Assembly (NCBI GenBank): GCA_963766075.1
Contig: CAVYAN010000008.1
Span: 33,953 to 97,952, forward strand
DNA: 64,000 nt
Reading direction: 5' to 3'
From: an uncultured cyanobacterium
GTDB lineage: Bacteria > Cyanobacteriota > Cyanobacteriia > Leptolyngbyales > Leptolyngbyaceae
This document shows, one piece after another, positions 63,237 through 64,000 of the stretch. Position 1 is the stretch's first letter, and each line of letters opens with the position of its first letter. The translations under genes and the position numbers were made by a program. The notes under the pieces were generated by a model. The model was not told the DNA's origin and did no database searches. It saw nothing but the letters and a program-made list of their open reading frames with translations.

Positions 63237-63855
63237 TAAGCCTCAGTGCGGATGAGGTTCCCACGATTGTCGTTCAGCTCTTGGATCCACCATTGGTGCT
63301 GGTCACCTCGGTAATGAACCTCACATAACTCGCGATCGCGGTAAGGCGGCTGGGATCGAGGTCTAGTGAGCGTTCCACGAAATCCGGAAGACTACTTCCC
63401 AGTTCGATGAACTCGAAACCGTCGTGCTCGAACTCGAAGACTTTTCCTGCTTCTGGCCCTGTAGTCGGAACCAAGAGGTAGTTACCGCTTCGCGGTATCT
63501 CTCCCACTACAATGCAGTCGCTGATCCAATCCGGCAAGTAATCGTCGGCTTCATCGTCTTCAATGCCATCGAGCCACGGGCGAAAGTGGCTATCGAGTTC
63601 CTCCCACTGCGACGGACTCGCGATGAAGTAGGCAGAGTCTCCGCTTTCGCCTTCGACGTAGAGCGTCAGTTCACCGAACGTGCTGTAGAAGTCTAGGAGT
63701 CCGTGAATATCAGGGACAACGGGACTTGGTTCGGGTGGAGTGCCAATGTGCCGAAAATGAACGGTCTTCGAGTTCTTCGCATGGTGGATCTCGCTGCAGA
63801 CGAACTGACCAGAATGTGATTGGACTGCCGAGCGAAGTTGTTCAAGTGCGGACAT
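63237..63855 (-). CDS. SMI1/KNR4 (SUKH)-like immunity protein cassette; probable frameshift near 63305
   Basis: LLDFYSTFG, VGEIPRSGNYL, GKVFEFEHDG..LGSSLPDF; alternate frame continues DQHQWWIQELNDNRGNLIRTEA up to the IS630 end. Confidence 0.65.
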
Positions 63856-63889
63856 GTAATCTCCGAGCTGACGAAATGTGGAGTCTGAG

Positions 63890-63974
63890 GCATAACGTTC
63901 GCAATTACCGGACTCAGACCACTCTGGCTACTTATTCGTGTATTCTAAAGTTCCGGTGCATTGCGATATTATAC
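63890..63974 (-). other. Integron attC-like site 4 (85 bp)
   Basis: Minus strand GTATAAT-atcgcaATGCACCGGA ... TCCGGTAATTGCGaac-GTTATGC. Confidence 0.8.
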
Positions 63975-64000
63975 AGCGATCGCGAGTGTCCTATTCAGGC

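Noticed and set aside
1..64000. HIP1 (GCGATCGC) abundance as a novel repeat
   Set aside because: Well-known cyanobacterial feature, used only for taxonomic inference. No rRNA or tRNA genes were recognised.

Overview
Cyanobacterial chromosomal window, judged from the abundant HIP1 octamer GCGATCGC, ndhD, crtW, a cyanobacteriochrome and futA. It mixes housekeeping genes, a Wzy-dependent polysaccharide cluster and about 11 IS elements or IS remnants plus three MITEs. The main hidden structure appears to be a shattered integron system. Four attC-like sites (15526, 18273, 28674, 63890) bound gene cassettes: DUF4926, TetR/GT1/kinase, FAD monooxygenase, a 75-aa ORF and SMI1/KNR4. A catalytically dead IntI C-terminal remnant lies at 33857-33979. 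A split 8-bp target duplication (TACAGAAA) and a split gene indicate that 15045-28757 was inverted between two opposed ISKra4 copies. Undoing the inversion places the main attC array divergent from the intI remnant, the canonical integron geometry. Several housekeeping genes carry single-base frameshifts, mostly in homopolymers, that may be assembly errors. All calls are by eye and from recalled family motifs; no searches were run.
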